Shown here one piece after another: positions 21,221 to 33,809 of a DNA stretch of 38,333 nt. Within the stretch, counting starts at the first letter, position 1. Each line of letters begins with the position of its first letter. Below the pieces are notes generated by a model. It was not told where the DNA came from and did no database searches. It saw only the letters and a program-made list of their open reading frames with translations. Position numbers and translations under genes: made by a program. This stretch comes from Chiloscyllium plagiosum (taxonomy: Eukaryota): the NCBI RefSeq assembly GCF_004010195.1, contig NC_057720.1, forward strand, positions 1,890,418-1,928,750. The letters run 5' to 3'.

Positions 21221-21930
21221 CCTGCCTGAATGATACATAATTAGACCATTTCACCCACAACTGCACCAGCCAATAGAATTCCATCGAGTTAAACCATAAA
21301 GGAGTTGGGTTTTGTCAGTTTGTAACAAACTAACTACTCTGGTGCATTTTTATACTTTTCAATTAAACTGAAATGACACCTCTCAGTTGAGACAACAATT
21401 TCCTCCTCTTTATTTGTGCTAATTACAACTGAAATACAGAAAGGGAAAATGCATCATTACACCGAACAGCACAATGTATCCTGTTAATCCGTTTGCATCA
21501 TTTCAGTTACAGGCCCTTTCCTAAGGTGAGATTTTACTCGTTATATCGGTGAACATGTCAAATGCAGCCCAAAATGTAAATCCCAGACACGCTACATCTC
21601 CCTTAAACAAAAGAGAGTATTACAGTTTTATGGCCCCATTCATGACCCTGGCACATCCCAAAGCTCTTTAAAGTCAACAATGGGACAAGGAGTAGCTGAT
21701 TTGTACACAGCAAGATCCCACCATTCATGAATGCCATCACAGCCACTTTTTGATTTTAACTATACCTCTTGTGCACTAAGGTACTCCTTCAGCCAATATC
21801 TCCCATGGATCTATAGCAACTTTTGTTTGTTAGTCACTCCTGCTTTAGAACATATTTGACCACATTCATGGCACAATATCATTCTAGGTTATTCTAAACA
21901 GTTTTTATGCTGGAGATTGAAAGATAAATA

Positions 21931-22075
21931 CCATAAGGCCATAAAAATAGGAACAGGAGTCGGCGATTTGGCCCCTTGAGCCTGCTCCATCATTCAATAG
22001 GATTGTGGCTGATCTGACATTTCTCACGTCCACAGTTCTGCCCTTTCCCCGTAACCCTCGATTCCCCAACCGATA
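21931..22075 (-). mobile_element. CR1 3' tail
   Basis: CCATAAGGCCATAAAAATAGGAACAGGAGTCGGCGATTTGGCCCCTTGAGCCTGCTCC. Confidence 0.7.
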
Positions 22076-22139
22076 TCCCAGTATTGGCCATCCCTTAACC
22101 TTCTCTTCATCAAAGGAAAACATTGCCATCTCCTACATT

Positions 22140-22320
22140 CACTTGAGAAGGCAGACAGGCCTTGGCTTCATAAAGATAACATCTCAGACACGGCAGCACT
22201 CCCTCAGGACCCCACTCAGTGCAGTGGGTCCATCCGCGAAGACTCAGGGATCATTCCCTGGACAGGGATTTGAAGTCACCACCACAGCCACTGGGGGTGA
22301 GAGTGAACCCACTCTGACAG
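22140..22320 (-). mobile_element. Degenerate DeuSINE-like fragment
   Basis: GCAGCACTCCCTCAG (reverse of CTGAGGGAGTGCTGC) and a B-box-like GGGATTTGAAGTC. Confidence 0.45.
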
Positions 22321-22415
22321 TGACAGCTAACTCTCCAAACGATATCACCATTCAGATGGAACAAAGAATCAATGGTTATGGCTGACAGGTTAGGGTTAGG
22401 AGGATAGGCACTGCA

Positions 22416-23235
22416 GGGTGTCACATTGGCTCAGTGGTCAGTACTGCTACCTCACAGTGCCAGGGACCCAGGTTCAATTCCAGCCTCAGGCGACTGTCTG
22501 TGGCAGATGAAGTTAAATTTAGATAAATGCAAGGTGCTGCATTTTGGAAAGGCAAATCAGGGCAGTACTTATACACTCATTGACAAAGTCCTGGGGAGCA
22601 TTGCTGAACAAAGAGACCTAGGGGTACTGGTGCATGGTTCCTTGAAAATGGAGTTGCAGGGAGACAGAAAGGTGAAGAAGGCTTGTCTTTATTGGTCAGA
22701 GTATTGAGTACAGAGTTGGGAGGTCATGTTGCAGCTGTACAGGACATTGGTTAGGCCATTTTCGGAATATTGTGTTCAATTCTGGTCTCCATCCTATTGG
22801 AAGGATGTTGTGAAACTTGAAAGGGTTCAGAAAAGATTTACAAGAATGTTGCAAGGGTTGGAGGGTTTGAATTATAGGGAGAGGCTGAATAAGCTGGGGC
22901 TGTTTTCCCTGGAGCATCAGAGGCTGAGGGGTCACCTTATAGAGGTTTATAAAATCATGAGGGGCATGATAGGATAAACAGGCAAGGTCTTTTCCCTGGG
23001 GTGGGGGAGTCCAAAGCTAGAGGGCATAGGTTTAGAGTGAGAGGGGAAAGATATAAAAGAGATCTAAGGGGCAACGTTTTCATGCATAGGCTGGTGCGTG
23101 TATGGAATGAGCTGCCAGAGGATGTGGTGGAGGCTGGTACAATTACACCATTAAAAAGGCATCTGGATGGAGATATGAATAGGAAGGGTTTAGAGGGATG
23201 TGGGCCGGGTGCTGGCAAATGGGACGAGATTAGGT
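22416..23235 (+). mobile_element. HE1-like SINE head (22416-22503) fused to CR1 3' 740 bp
   Basis: SINE A/B boxes, then [35 protein letters not shown] and WNELPEDVVEAG. Confidence 0.85.
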
Positions 23236-23640
23236 TTCTGGAACGATGTTAAATCAATACAATTTATAGACTTCCCTTCATTTCCCTCTTTTAATTTACT
23301 CCAGGTATTCACATTGACAGCAGTTACTGTTGATGGCTGCTCTTTATCTGCGGTACACACACACACTGCGTAAAACAAGGAGTTAATGCTTGTTTGCTGC
23401 CTCATTCTATTGAGTTAAGAAAAGATTTACTCAGCTCATTTACTTCCAATGTGCAGTAAAACACAATCCACATTGAATTCCTGTCCCATGATCTCGGTTT
23501 TAATGGTCTCAGAGAAGTTATGGATTAGCAAAGACATTAAAACCATTAAGGTGCAACAATGGCACTTTCAGATCCAGATTCAACTATTCAAGGTTCAAGA
23601 GCCACTGGAGACAGCAGCAAACACCTTCAACGTAGAAAAG

Positions 23641-24213
23641 GGAGAGTACTGCACTGTCAGAGGGTCAGTGCTGAGGGAGTACTGCACTGTCAGAGGGTCA
23701 GTACTGAGGGAGTGCCGCACTGTCAAAGGGTCAGTGCTGAGGGAGTGCTACACTGTTAGAGGGTCAGTGCTGAGGGACTGCCGCACTGTCAGAGGATCAG
23801 TACTGAGGGAGTACTGCACTGTCAGAGGGTCAGTACTGAGGGAGTACTGCACTGTCACAGGGTCAGTACTGAGGGAATGCTGCACTGTCATAGGGTCAGT
23901 GCTGAGGGACTGCCGTACTGTCAGAGGGTCAGTACTGAGGGAGTGCTGCACTGTCAGAGGGCCAGTACTGAGAGTGTGCTGCACTGCCAGAGGGTCAGTG
24001 CTGAGGGAGTGCCGTACTGTTGGAGGGTCAGTGCTGAGGCAGTGCCGCACTGTCGACGGGTCAGTGCTGAGGGAGGGCCTCACTGTCAGACAGTCACTGC
24101 TGAGGAAGCGCCGCACTCTCAGAGGGTCAGTGCTGAGGGAGCGCCGCACTGTTAGAGGGTCAATGCTGAGGAAGTGCCGCACTGTCGGAGGGTCAGCACT
24201 GAGGGAGTGCTGT
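23641..24213. repeat. 33-bp tandem repeat
   Basis: Unit GAGGGTCAGTGCTGAGGGAGTGCCGCACTGTCA, about 17 copies. Confidence 0.95.
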
Positions 24214-24574
24214 GATTTTCCTGGAGGGGTTAATGTGAAAATGCAGAGTCAGTTCCCAAAGTAAAAAACTTCTCTCCCATCCCCTCAGTCTCTGTGGTGA
24301 CTATACGACCTTTTCCAGTATTTTCTGAGTTTATTATCAGGAGGTGAAGCTAATGACCAGCATCACACCATTCTTTGCAATGTTCCTGTTATATCATTAT
24401 GTTCAAATCATGCTCTCAATGGTGAAATGCCAGATAAACATTGGAAAATTTGCCATAGTGGTTGTTAAAGAGACAAAGTATCCTACAGTTTATTAACGAT
24501 TTGTTTCTTGCTGTTCCACATCTAACTGCCTTGAATCCCACAAACTCTTGCCAAGTTTAACCTGCATAAAATAA

Positions 24575-24790
24575 TACAGTCTCTTTGACCCTACTCCTCT
24601 GGCTTTTCCCCACAGTTTTGCAAAGAATTACCTCCCAGTATTTCCCAGATTCCCCTCTGAAAGTTCTGACTGAATCTGCTCCCACAGCCCGTTCAGGTAG
24701 CACATTCCCTCTCACAACAACACACTGTGAAAAACAATCCCCTGATCTCCCCGACTGACTGTTCTGGCCCTTACCCTCATAGCTGTAATT
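24575..24790 (-). mobile_element. Old CR1-like 3' fragment (same family on + at 32445-32720)
   Basis: FSQCVVVRGNVLPERAVGADSVRTFRGE resembles the CR1 C-terminus. Confidence 0.6.
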
Positions 24791-25119
24791 CCAACACATC
24801 ACAGATCTCAGCAAGTTAAACTGAAATGAGCTGCCAAGGGTCAATCGAAGAAGTCCCACTGCAATGGCTTTACTCACATCCTCGTCCTCTCAGTTAGTTA
24901 CCTCAAGAAATTTGACCTTAGCAAAGGAATTTTGGCACGAATTTAAGTTTCTGACAATTTCTTCAGTTGTGTGAGAGAACAGTGAGGAGAGAGGAACCTA
25001 AGTAGCAGTCTCTCAAGCCTGTTCTGATGGTCGTTATGAACATGACCGAACATTCCCTTGAGATGCTCTGGTTTCCTGTCTCCCTTGACTGTTCAGCTCA
25101 GTTGGCTGGGTCCAGGATA

Positions 25120-26200
25120 TGAAATAGTGAGGAATGCAGATGCTGGAGAAATCAGAGTCAATAAAGCGTGGTGCTGGAAAGAACACAGCAGGTCAGACAG
25201 CATCTGAGGAGGAGAGTCATTTTGGGCTTAACCCTTCATCAGCACTGGGGAGGGGGGTGGAGGCAGAGATATAAATGGGGGATGGGGTTAAGGGAAAGTT
25301 GGTTGGGATGACAAATGGTGGGAGGTGATGATGATGATAGGTCGATAGGAAGGGTGGCGCAGATAGATGGGAAGGAAGCTGGACAGGTAGGTCAGGTCAA
25401 GGGCAAGGCATGAGTCAGAAGGTGGGGGGAGGGAGGCCCAGAGCTGCGGCAGGGAGAGGGAGGCCCTGAACTGGAGTAGGGAGAGGAAGCTGGGGTAGAG
25501 AGAGGGAGGCCCTGAGCTGGGGTAAGGAGAGGGAGGCCCTGAGCTGGGGCAGGGAGAGGGAGGCCCTGAGCTGGGGTAGGGAGAGGGAGACCCTGAGCTG
25601 GGGTAGGGAGAGGGAGTCCCTGAGCTGGGGTAGGGAGAGGGAGGCCCCGAGCTGGGGTAGGGAGAGGGAGGCCCCGAGCTGGGGCTGGAAGAGGGAGGCC
25701 CCGAGCTGGGGTAGGGAGAGGGAGTCCCTGAGCTGGGGTAAGGAGAGGGAGGCCCTGAGCTGGGGTGGGAGAGGGAGGCCCTGAGCTGGGGTAAGGAGAG
25801 GGAGGCCCTGAGCTGGGGTAAGGAGAGGGAGGCCCTGAGCTGGGGCAGTGAGAGGGAAGCCCTGAGCTGGGGCAGTGAGAGGGAAGCCCTGAGCTGGGGC
25901 AGTGAGAGGGTGGCCCTGAGCTGGGGCTGGGAGAGGGAGGCCCTGAGCTGGGGCAGTGCTGCTGCAGGGAGAGTATGTGCTGGCACATGGCTGTGAGTGC
26001 GTAGAGGAGGATCCAGAGGGAGAACTGGTTCTGGAGGCTCTAGTTTTGCTGAAGTTAGTGGTTGTCCCAGTTTGATCCAGATTGAAACGGTCTGAATGTT
26101 GTCTGGTGTCCATGGGGGATAAGTCGGTCTTGTAGGTAGGTGCTGAGTAAGGAGACTTGGCTGTAGTAACGGGATGTAGTTGAAGTTTGACCAGCTCTAT
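25120..26200 (-). mobile_element. Internally deleted Penelope-like element (N-terminal ORF remnant plus 3' end with degenerate hammerhead)
   Basis: CTGATGAAGGGTTAAGCCCAAAATGAC and the GATGCTG..CAGCATCTGC terminus shared with 4434-4659. The ORF remnant SQVSLLSTYLQDRLIPHG is recalled as a PLE N-terminus. Confidence 0.55.
25430..25955. repeat. 27-bp G-rich minisatellite
   Basis: Unit GGAGAGGGAGGCCCTGAGCTGGGGTAG, about 19 copies. Confidence 0.95.
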
Positions 26201-26384
26201 AACCTGTTGAAGATAATTCTAGGCTGGTGTGATTGGGGCCTGCCCCTTGCCCCACAGTGGTATTATTGAGCCAGGCTGAGTAACCCTTGGTCCTCAAATA
26301 AAAGACATCAAGAGACTCATTCAGATGAAAACGTCTTGCATTTATATAGTGCCTTTCATCACTCCCCATTTACCAAAAGGCAGA

Positions 26385-29300
26385 GTACCAACAATGTGGT
26401 CTGCTCTACACTGGGGAAATGAGGGGAAGACCACTTTGCTGAACACCCACATTCTGCCCACAAAAAAAGACCCTGAGCTTCCAGTTGCCTGTCACTTCAG
26501 GGTGTGGTTGAAGGGAGAGATAGCAGCTGAACACATGGCTGCAAGGATGGTGCAGGAGGGAAGGTTTCAGGTTTATGGATAATTGGGGCTCATTCTGGGA
26601 AGGTGGGACCTGTATAAACAGGACAGTCTTCACTTGAACCAGAGGGGTACCAACATCCTGGGTGGGAAATTTGCTGGTGCTATTCGGGTGGGTTTAAACT
26701 AGCTCAGCAGGGGGATGGGAATCTGAGGTGTAGTTCCCAGTACACAGGAGGATGAGAGTAGGGAGGGCATGGACAGGATTTCATGGTCACAGGAATGTGT
26801 TGGCAGACAGAAAGCTGGTTTGAAGTGTGTCTATTTCTATGCCAGGAATATCCAGAATAAGGTAGGTGAGCTTGCAGCCTGGATAGGTACCTGGGACTTC
26901 GATATTGTGGCCATTACTGTGACATGGATAGAGCAAGGTCAGGAATGGATGATGCAGGTTCCACGGTTCAGATCTTTCATTAAGATCAGGGAAGTTGGTA
27001 AAAGGGGGGGAGGTGTGGCTTTGTTAGTCAAGGCCAGTATAAAGGTGGCTGAAAGAACATTTGACAAAGATTCATCCACTGAGGTGGTATGGGCTAAGGT
27101 TAGAAACAGGAGAGGAGAGGTCACACTGATGGGAGTTTTTTATAGGTCTACACAGAGTTCTAGAGAGGTGGAAGAGAGGGTTAGCAAAAGTATTCTGGGT
27201 AGGAGTGAAAGGAATACGGTGGTCATTATGGGGGACTTTAACTTCCCCAACATTGACTGGAAATGCTATAACTCTAGTACGTTGGTTAGATCAGTTTTTG
27301 TCCAATGTGTGCAGGAGGGTTTCCTGACACAGTATGTTGAAGGGCCGACAAGAGGGGAGGGCACACACTGGATCTGGTACTTGGTAATGAACCAGGCCAG
27401 GTTGTTTGTTTGTAGGTCACTTTGGAGAGTGACCGTAATTCGGTTATGTTTAGTTTAGCGATGGAAAGGGATAAGGACATGCCACAGGGCAAGAGTTATA
27501 GATGGGGAAAGGGCAATTATAATACAATTAGGCAAGACTTAGAAGGCATAGAATGGGGCAGCAAAATGTAGGGGATGGGGACAATCAAAATGCAGAGCTG
27601 GTTTAAGGTACAGATATTGCGTGTCCTTGATAGGTATGTCCCTGTCAGGAAGTGATAAGGTAAGGAAACCGTGGTTTACTAAAGAAATTGTATCACTTGT
27701 TAAGCGAAAGAGGGAGGATTATGTGACGTTGAAGCGAGATAGTTCAGATGAGGCGGTGGAGAGTTACAGAGTAGCGAGAAAGAATTTAAAGAGAGAGTTA
27801 AGAAGAGCAAGGAGGGGACATGAGCAGTCTTTAGCCGGTAGAATAAAGGAGAACCCTAAAGCTTTCTAAAGGTATGTGAGGAATAAAAGGATGACGAGGG
27901 TAGGAATAGGGCCAAAGACAGAAGTGGGAAGTTGTGTGTGGACCCTGTGGAGATTGGAGAGGTGCTAAATGAATATTTCTCAAGTGTTTTCACTCAGGAA
28001 ATGGAGAATATTGTAGAGGAGACAACTGAGATACGGGCTATTAGACTTGAATGGATTGAGGTTAGTGAGGAGGTGTTACCAACTCTAGAAGGTGTGAAAT
28101 TAGATAAGTCCCCTGGGCCGGATTTATCCGAGGATTCTCTGGGAAGCTAGGGAGGAAATGGCCTTGATCTTTGAGTCGTCATTGTCTACAGGTTTAGTAC
28201 CAGAGGACTGGAGGATTGCAAATGTTGTGCCCTTGTTCAAGAAGGGCAGTAGAGATGACCCAGGTAATTATAGACCAGTGAGCCTTATGTCTGTTGTAGG
28301 AAAAATTTTGGAAAGGATTATAAGAGATAGGATTTATAATCATCTAGAAAGCAACAATTTGACTGTAAATAGTCAACATGGATTCGTCAAGGGCAGGTCA
28401 TGTCTCACGATACTCATTGAGTTTTTTGAGAAAGTGTTCAAGTATGTGGATGAGGGTAAGGCAGTAGAGGGATTGAGTTCCGGAGCCGTGATGTCATGCT
28501 GCAACTATACAAAACGCTAGTGCGGCCACACTTGGAGTATTGCGTACAGTTCTGGTCACCCATTACAGGAAGGATGTGGAAGCATTGGAAAAGGTGCAGA
28601 GGAGATTTACCAGGATGTTTTCTGGTCTGGAGGAAAGGTCTTATGAGGAAAGGGTGAGAGACTTGGGTCTGTTCTCAATGGAGAGAAAAAGGCTAAGAGG
28701 CAATTTAAGAGACATACAAGATGATCAGAGGATTAGATAGGGTAGACAGTGAGTCTTTTTCCTAGGAATGATGACATCTGCTTGTATGAGGGGGCATAGC
28801 TGCAAATTGAGGGGTGATAGATTTAAGACAGATGTCAGAGGCAGGTTCTTTACTCAGAGAGTGGTAAGGGCGTTGAATGCCCTACCTGCCAATGTAGTTA
28901 ACTCAGCCACATTAGGGAGATTTAAACAATCCTTGGATAATCACATGGATGATGATGGGATAGTGTGGGATGATGGGTTAGATTAGTTCACAGGTCGGCG
29001 TAACATCGAAGGCCGAAGGGCTTGTTCTGCGCTGAATTGTTCTATGTTCTACGTTAAACACCCCACCGTATTCCCCAGCCAGTGTCTCTGTCTCAGCCTT
29101 GCTACAGTGCTCCAGTGAAGCTCAGCACAAGCTGAAAGAACAGCATCTCATTTTCCGCTTGAGGACTCTGGAGCCTCTGGATTCAACATCGATTCAACAA
29201 CTGTCAAACGTGAATGCCTCCTTTCATGTCCTTTACCCATCTCCACAGCCCAGGCCCTGTCATCACAGCACTGCTGATCCACTCTCACCCACTCATTGTC

Positions 29301-29405
29301 CCCATTATCACTTTTCTTCTGATGAGTTCTGAGGAAGGGTCACTGGCTCTGAAATGTTAACTCTGCTTCCCTCCACAGATGCTGCTGAATTTTCCAGCAA
29401 TTCAC
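26385..29405 (+). mobile_element. PLE GIY-YIG endonuclease remnant (26385-26499 + 29056-29405), split by CR1
   Basis: QQCGLLYTGE..FAEH..KKDPELPVACHF | NTPP..LLQCSSEAQHKLKEQHLIFRL, then a degenerate hammerhead at about 29329-29360. Confidence 0.7.
26500..29055 (+). mobile_element. CR1 LINE: ORF1 esterase-like end, ORF2 APE endonuclease and partial RT, 3' tail; frameshifted
   Basis: WLQGWCRREGFRFMDNW..DSLHLNQRG (SGNH-like ORF1), YARNIQNK/GDFNFPNIDW (endonuclease), NYRPVSL/SQHGFVKGRSCLT (RT), and the tail TTCTATGTTCTACGTT. Confidence 0.92.
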
Positions 29406-29969
29406 AGTTCTTTGGACTTTTTTCTAGCTTATCCTCTTCCCTGGTTTATAAGAACAATCCCTTTGTCTGTCCAACTTCTTCCTTCTCTCTGTCTCTGAGC
29501 TCCTTCCTCCCCTATCTGCTCACTCCACTTCCCTCCCAACACCTCCCCTCGTCATCAGCATACTGACCAGCTTTTCCCAGCAGCAAACAATTCTGAAGAA
29601 GGGTCACTGAACTCAAACATGAACTGTCTCTCTCTCTCTCTCTCTCTCTCGCCACAGATGCTGCCAGACTGGTCTGTGTTTCAGAGTACCCAGAGGGAAG
29701 GCTGGTTATATTTGGAAATGAACCTGTTGTTCCTCCATTGGGAAGTCCACAAGACAAGTCATGCCATTCGTACCATCTAATACTCTCTGGGTCTGTGATG
29801 AACGGGGAGCTTCACAGTTATTGACCTCACTGTGACCACTACAGTCTGGGATATCAGAGATCTATTCAGTTCCCCTTATATCTTGTTTCGCGTTTCCCAC
29901 GATAATGAATTTAACCACTCAGCCCCTGATGGAGCTGCTGCAGGTTATGCCCTCGGATTGATAACTGAG

Positions 29970-30195
29970 GCAATGGAATGGGAGCAGGTCATTTGGCCCA
30001 TCGTGTCTCCTCCGTTGCTCCATATGATCTTCACTCACTCCACTTTACTGCCCTCTCCCCATATCCCACCATTCCCTCCAGATTATGCCAACCTGAAATA
30101 TATTCAGTGATGGAAATGCCACAACCATCTCATTCAGAGAATTCCAAAAGGGCCACAGTCCTCAGAGGGAAGACATTTCTCTTCAGTTCGGAACT
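29970..30195 (-). mobile_element. Old CR1 3' fragment
   Basis: GGAGCAGGTCATTTGGCCCATCG..CAGAGAATTCCAAA..CTCAGAGGGAAGACATTTCTC. Confidence 0.6.
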
Positions 30196-30664
30196 CTGAA
30201 GTTTCGAGGATGACACATCACCATAGAATCCGTGAGGAGAGACTAAGCTAGGAATGGACAATACTGAACTCCTGCAGGCAGATACATCAATGCAGTGGTC
30301 AATGAGTCAAGTAAGTAACTGCTAGCACTTCAAGTGTGTCTTGTCTCTATGACAACTGCTTTCAGTAATAACGTAGTGAGACAGGACTGTTGCACAGGCC
30401 GTATCCATAGCAATTACCAGTAGAGGAGGCTGGTGTAAACTGCAGCAGGAATAATGGGGCCAATGCATCACTGGCACTGAATCTGAAACCTGAGAATGAA
30501 ACAACTCCATGACAGCTCTGATTCTCGTGGTCACAGAGAATACAGTTACTATTAAAGTGTCTGTTAATCATTCCTGTCCCAGGCATTCCATCAACTCTTT
30601 ATTACCAAGTACTCATTCATCTGCTCAATTATGCAGTCTGTTACTTCCAGTGCACAACTCAATT

Positions 30665-31258
30665 GTACTGAGGGATCGCTGCACTCTCAGAGGGTGAATG
30701 CTGAGGGTGTGCCGCACTCTCCGAGGGTCAGTGCTGAGGGTGTGCCGCACTGTCGAAGGGTCAGTACTGAGGAAGTGCTGCACTGTCAGAGGGTCAGTGC
30801 TGAGGGAGTGCTGCACTGTCAGAGGGTCAGTGCTGAGGGAGTGCCGCACTGTCAGAGGGTCAGTGCTCTGGGAGTGCCGCACTGTCAGAGTGTCAGTACT
30901 GAGGGAGTGCCGTACTGTCAGATGTCAATGCTGAGGGAGTGCCGCACTGTCGGAGGGTCACTGCTGAGGGAGTGCCACACTGTCAGTTGGTAAGTCCTGA
31001 AGGAGTGCCACACTGTCAGGGGGTCAGTGCTGAGAGAGTGCCGGATTGTCATAAGGTCAGTACTGAGGGAGCACTGCACTGTCAGAGGGTCAGTACTGAG
31101 GAATTGCCATATTGTCGCAGGGTAAGTACTGAGGGAGTGTCGTACTATCAGAGGGTTAGTGTTGAAGGAGTGCTGCACTGTCAGAGGGCTAATGCTAAGG
31201 GAGTGCAGCACTGTCAGACGGTAAGTGCTGAGGGAGTGCTGCATTGATGGAGGGTCAC
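30665..31258. repeat. 33-bp tandem repeat, same family as 23641-24213
   Basis: Same unit, about 18 copies, more diverged towards the 3' end. Confidence 0.95.
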
Positions 31259-31454
31259 TAATTCCTGACGGAGTTTAACACATCACAAACAGATTATTAT
31301 TCTCCTGCAATACAACCAAAGAATTGTGGATGTTGGAAATCTGAAACAGTAACAGAATTAGTTGGAGAGACTCAGCAAGTCTGGCTGCGTTGTGGAGATA
31401 AACAGTGTTAATGTTTCTCAGCTCCAGTGACCCTTCATCAGAACTATAGGAGGG

Positions 31455-31925
31455 TCACCAGGTGGACTCCAGGCATGAAAGTGCTTTTCTACAAGGAGCA
31501 GTTAAATAGTTTGGGCTTGTATTCCATGGAGTTCCGAAGAATGAGGGGGAATCAGATTGCGATTTATAAACTGCTGATGGGGATTGAGAAGGTGGATGTT
31601 GAATAGATGCTCCCCCCTGTGGGAAAAACTTGAACAAGAGCACACAGATATAGAGTGACAGGAGGCAGGTTCAAAACTGAGATGTAGAGAAACTATTGCT
31701 CTCAGGGGGTTGTGAATCTGTGGAACTCACTGCCCCAGAGTGTAGTGGAGGCAGAATTAATCACCAAAATCAAGAAAGAAATCAATATGTTTCTGTTGAA
31801 AAGCAGAATAAAATGCCAAGGGGAGCAAGCAAGAAAATGGGGTTGAGACCAGGATAAGATCAGTTATGATCATGTTAAATGGTAGGGTGGGCTCAAGGGG
31901 CTGGACTCAGCTTCTAATTCCTGTT
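31455..31925 (+). mobile_element. CR1 LINE 3' fragment
   Basis: TGTGAATCTGTGGAACTCACTGCCCCAGAG..GGGCTCAAGGGGCTG. Flanked by degenerate hammerhead-type short repeats (31310-31445 minus, 31928-32020 plus). Confidence 0.75.
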
Positions 31926-33809
31926 TTCCTGAGAAGGGTCACTAGACTTGAAACGTTAACTCTGTTTCTCTCTCCACATAAGTTGCCAGACCTGGTTGAG
32001 TTTCTCCAGCACTGTCTTGGGTTTGTGGTCCCATGACTGTGTGTGGGATCTTGCTGTCCCACATGATAGGCATATTTCCCACATGACAGCTGTCTCAGCA
32101 TTCCAAAGGTTCTCATGGCCCTGGTGTTGACAGGTGACTCTGTTGAAAGGCAGTGAGGGCTGAGCATCAAGCAGTGTCCATGCCAACAGCACCCAGATCC
32201 CAGTGAGACTCATCAGAAAAACGACTGGAGTGCAATGTTCCAAACATTATTGAGCACAATTTCTAACATTAGATTTCTAACATTCAGTGATTTGTAAGGG
32301 CAGGTGAATCTCCGTTTATATTTTCTGAGAAACATGTACAGAGATGTTATGACATACCCTCTGGAGTAGATGGGACTTGAGACAGGAACTTTACAACCAT
32401 ACCCCTTGAACCTCAGGTTATTATATACTAGATACAAATTGGTTCTATTGATGGGAGGGTGAGTGAGCAGAGGGAGATAGATTGAAGGGAATTGGGAAAA
32501 GCCCCAGAGGGGGAGGTGAGGGGGATTGTTTTACACAGTGAGTTGTTGGGATCTGGAAGGTGCTGCCTGAAAGGGCAGTGGGAGCAGATTCAATCAGAAC
32601 TTTCACACGGGAATTGGAGTAGAGGAATTGGGGTAACATCTTGAAGAGAAAAGGTTGCAGCGCTATGGGGAAAGAGGAGGAGGGCAAATCATTGATTAGC
32701 AAAGTCAGCATAGAGCCAAAGGGCTTCAGTCATAACAACAAGTTCTATTTGCGTGGTGCTATAAATGTACTCCAATATGGCAAAACACTTCATGAGCACA
32801 GTATAAAACACCCCAATAAGGACATATTAGAGAGGGTAACAAACCCTTACTCAAAGGGCTAGAGTTTAAATAGTGAATTAAAGGGGAGAGATGAAGAATT
32901 GTGGGGAAGGAATTCCAAAGCTTGGTGTTGTGTGATCATTTCCCAACCCTGGAGCAACGTTTTAATGATGTCATAGAGCTGCATATCACTGGGTATAAAT
33001 AGCACAGCGTGAGTGGAGCTAGAATACTCTCAAATGGGAAAGAGGTTGAAGAGCACATGGGCAGAAACTCATGAACTTTCCTCCAGATGGCAGAGATAGC
33101 GAGGGATTTGAAAACAAAGAAGAGGATTTTAATGTCAGGGTATTTCTTGACTGGGACTCAATGTCAGTCAGTGAGGACTGTGGGAGTGTGCAGAGGAGTT
33201 TGGTGTGGGTTAAGACAAGGACAGTAGCATTTAGTTTGACCTCAAGTTACTGTCCCTTGTGTGACTCTAATTGTCAAGGGTTGAGACAAACAGCTCGACG
33301 TAGATCTTTGGCAAATCATGTGGGTTTTATTATATTTCTTGTATGTTTGGCTAAATTAACAAATCAGAACAGCTTCACAGACGTGGTTTATGCTCCCACT
33401 GACAGATGGGACGTGGGACAAGTCAACAGAGACAGCTGTCAGCTTAGCTTCACACCCTCTGCAAAGTATGAACCAAAGACAGAACTGGTTAAGGGAAGCT
33501 AAGATGCTGGAAATGCTCAGATCTATTCATCAGCCGATGACACCACTTTAATTGCAACAGAGTACCTGCTGAGATTGTAATCTTCACTGACATTCAAGGG
33601 ACCATAGGCTTTGTAAAATCTTGCCACATTATTTCAGCTCTCGAATTGCCATATTCCAAAATTTTATTGAAAGATCCTTGTTTGCCCAGTGGTTATTGCA
33701 ATGTTTTCCAGGTCAACGCCCCACACGTGTTCATCCAAAACCTGCTTATAGTGAAATCACATTGAAACCCCTTCAACCATCACCCACCCACCGAGACTGC
33801 ACTGAACTA

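Noticed and set aside
23449..24264. 271-aa Cys-rich repeat protein (also 30625-31247)
   Set aside because: Translation of a dispersed 33-bp tandem repeat, open in several frames on both strands.
25288..26113. Proline-rich/extensin-like ORFs
   Set aside because: Translation of the 27-bp minisatellite.
30322..30586. Possible minus-strand exon (acceptor TTCTCAG near 30490)
   Set aside because: No recognisable product or supported partner donor; a single motif is insufficient.
33071..33502. 143-aa ORF
   Set aside because: The first half overlaps a decayed antisense L2-like fragment, and there is no recognisable domain.
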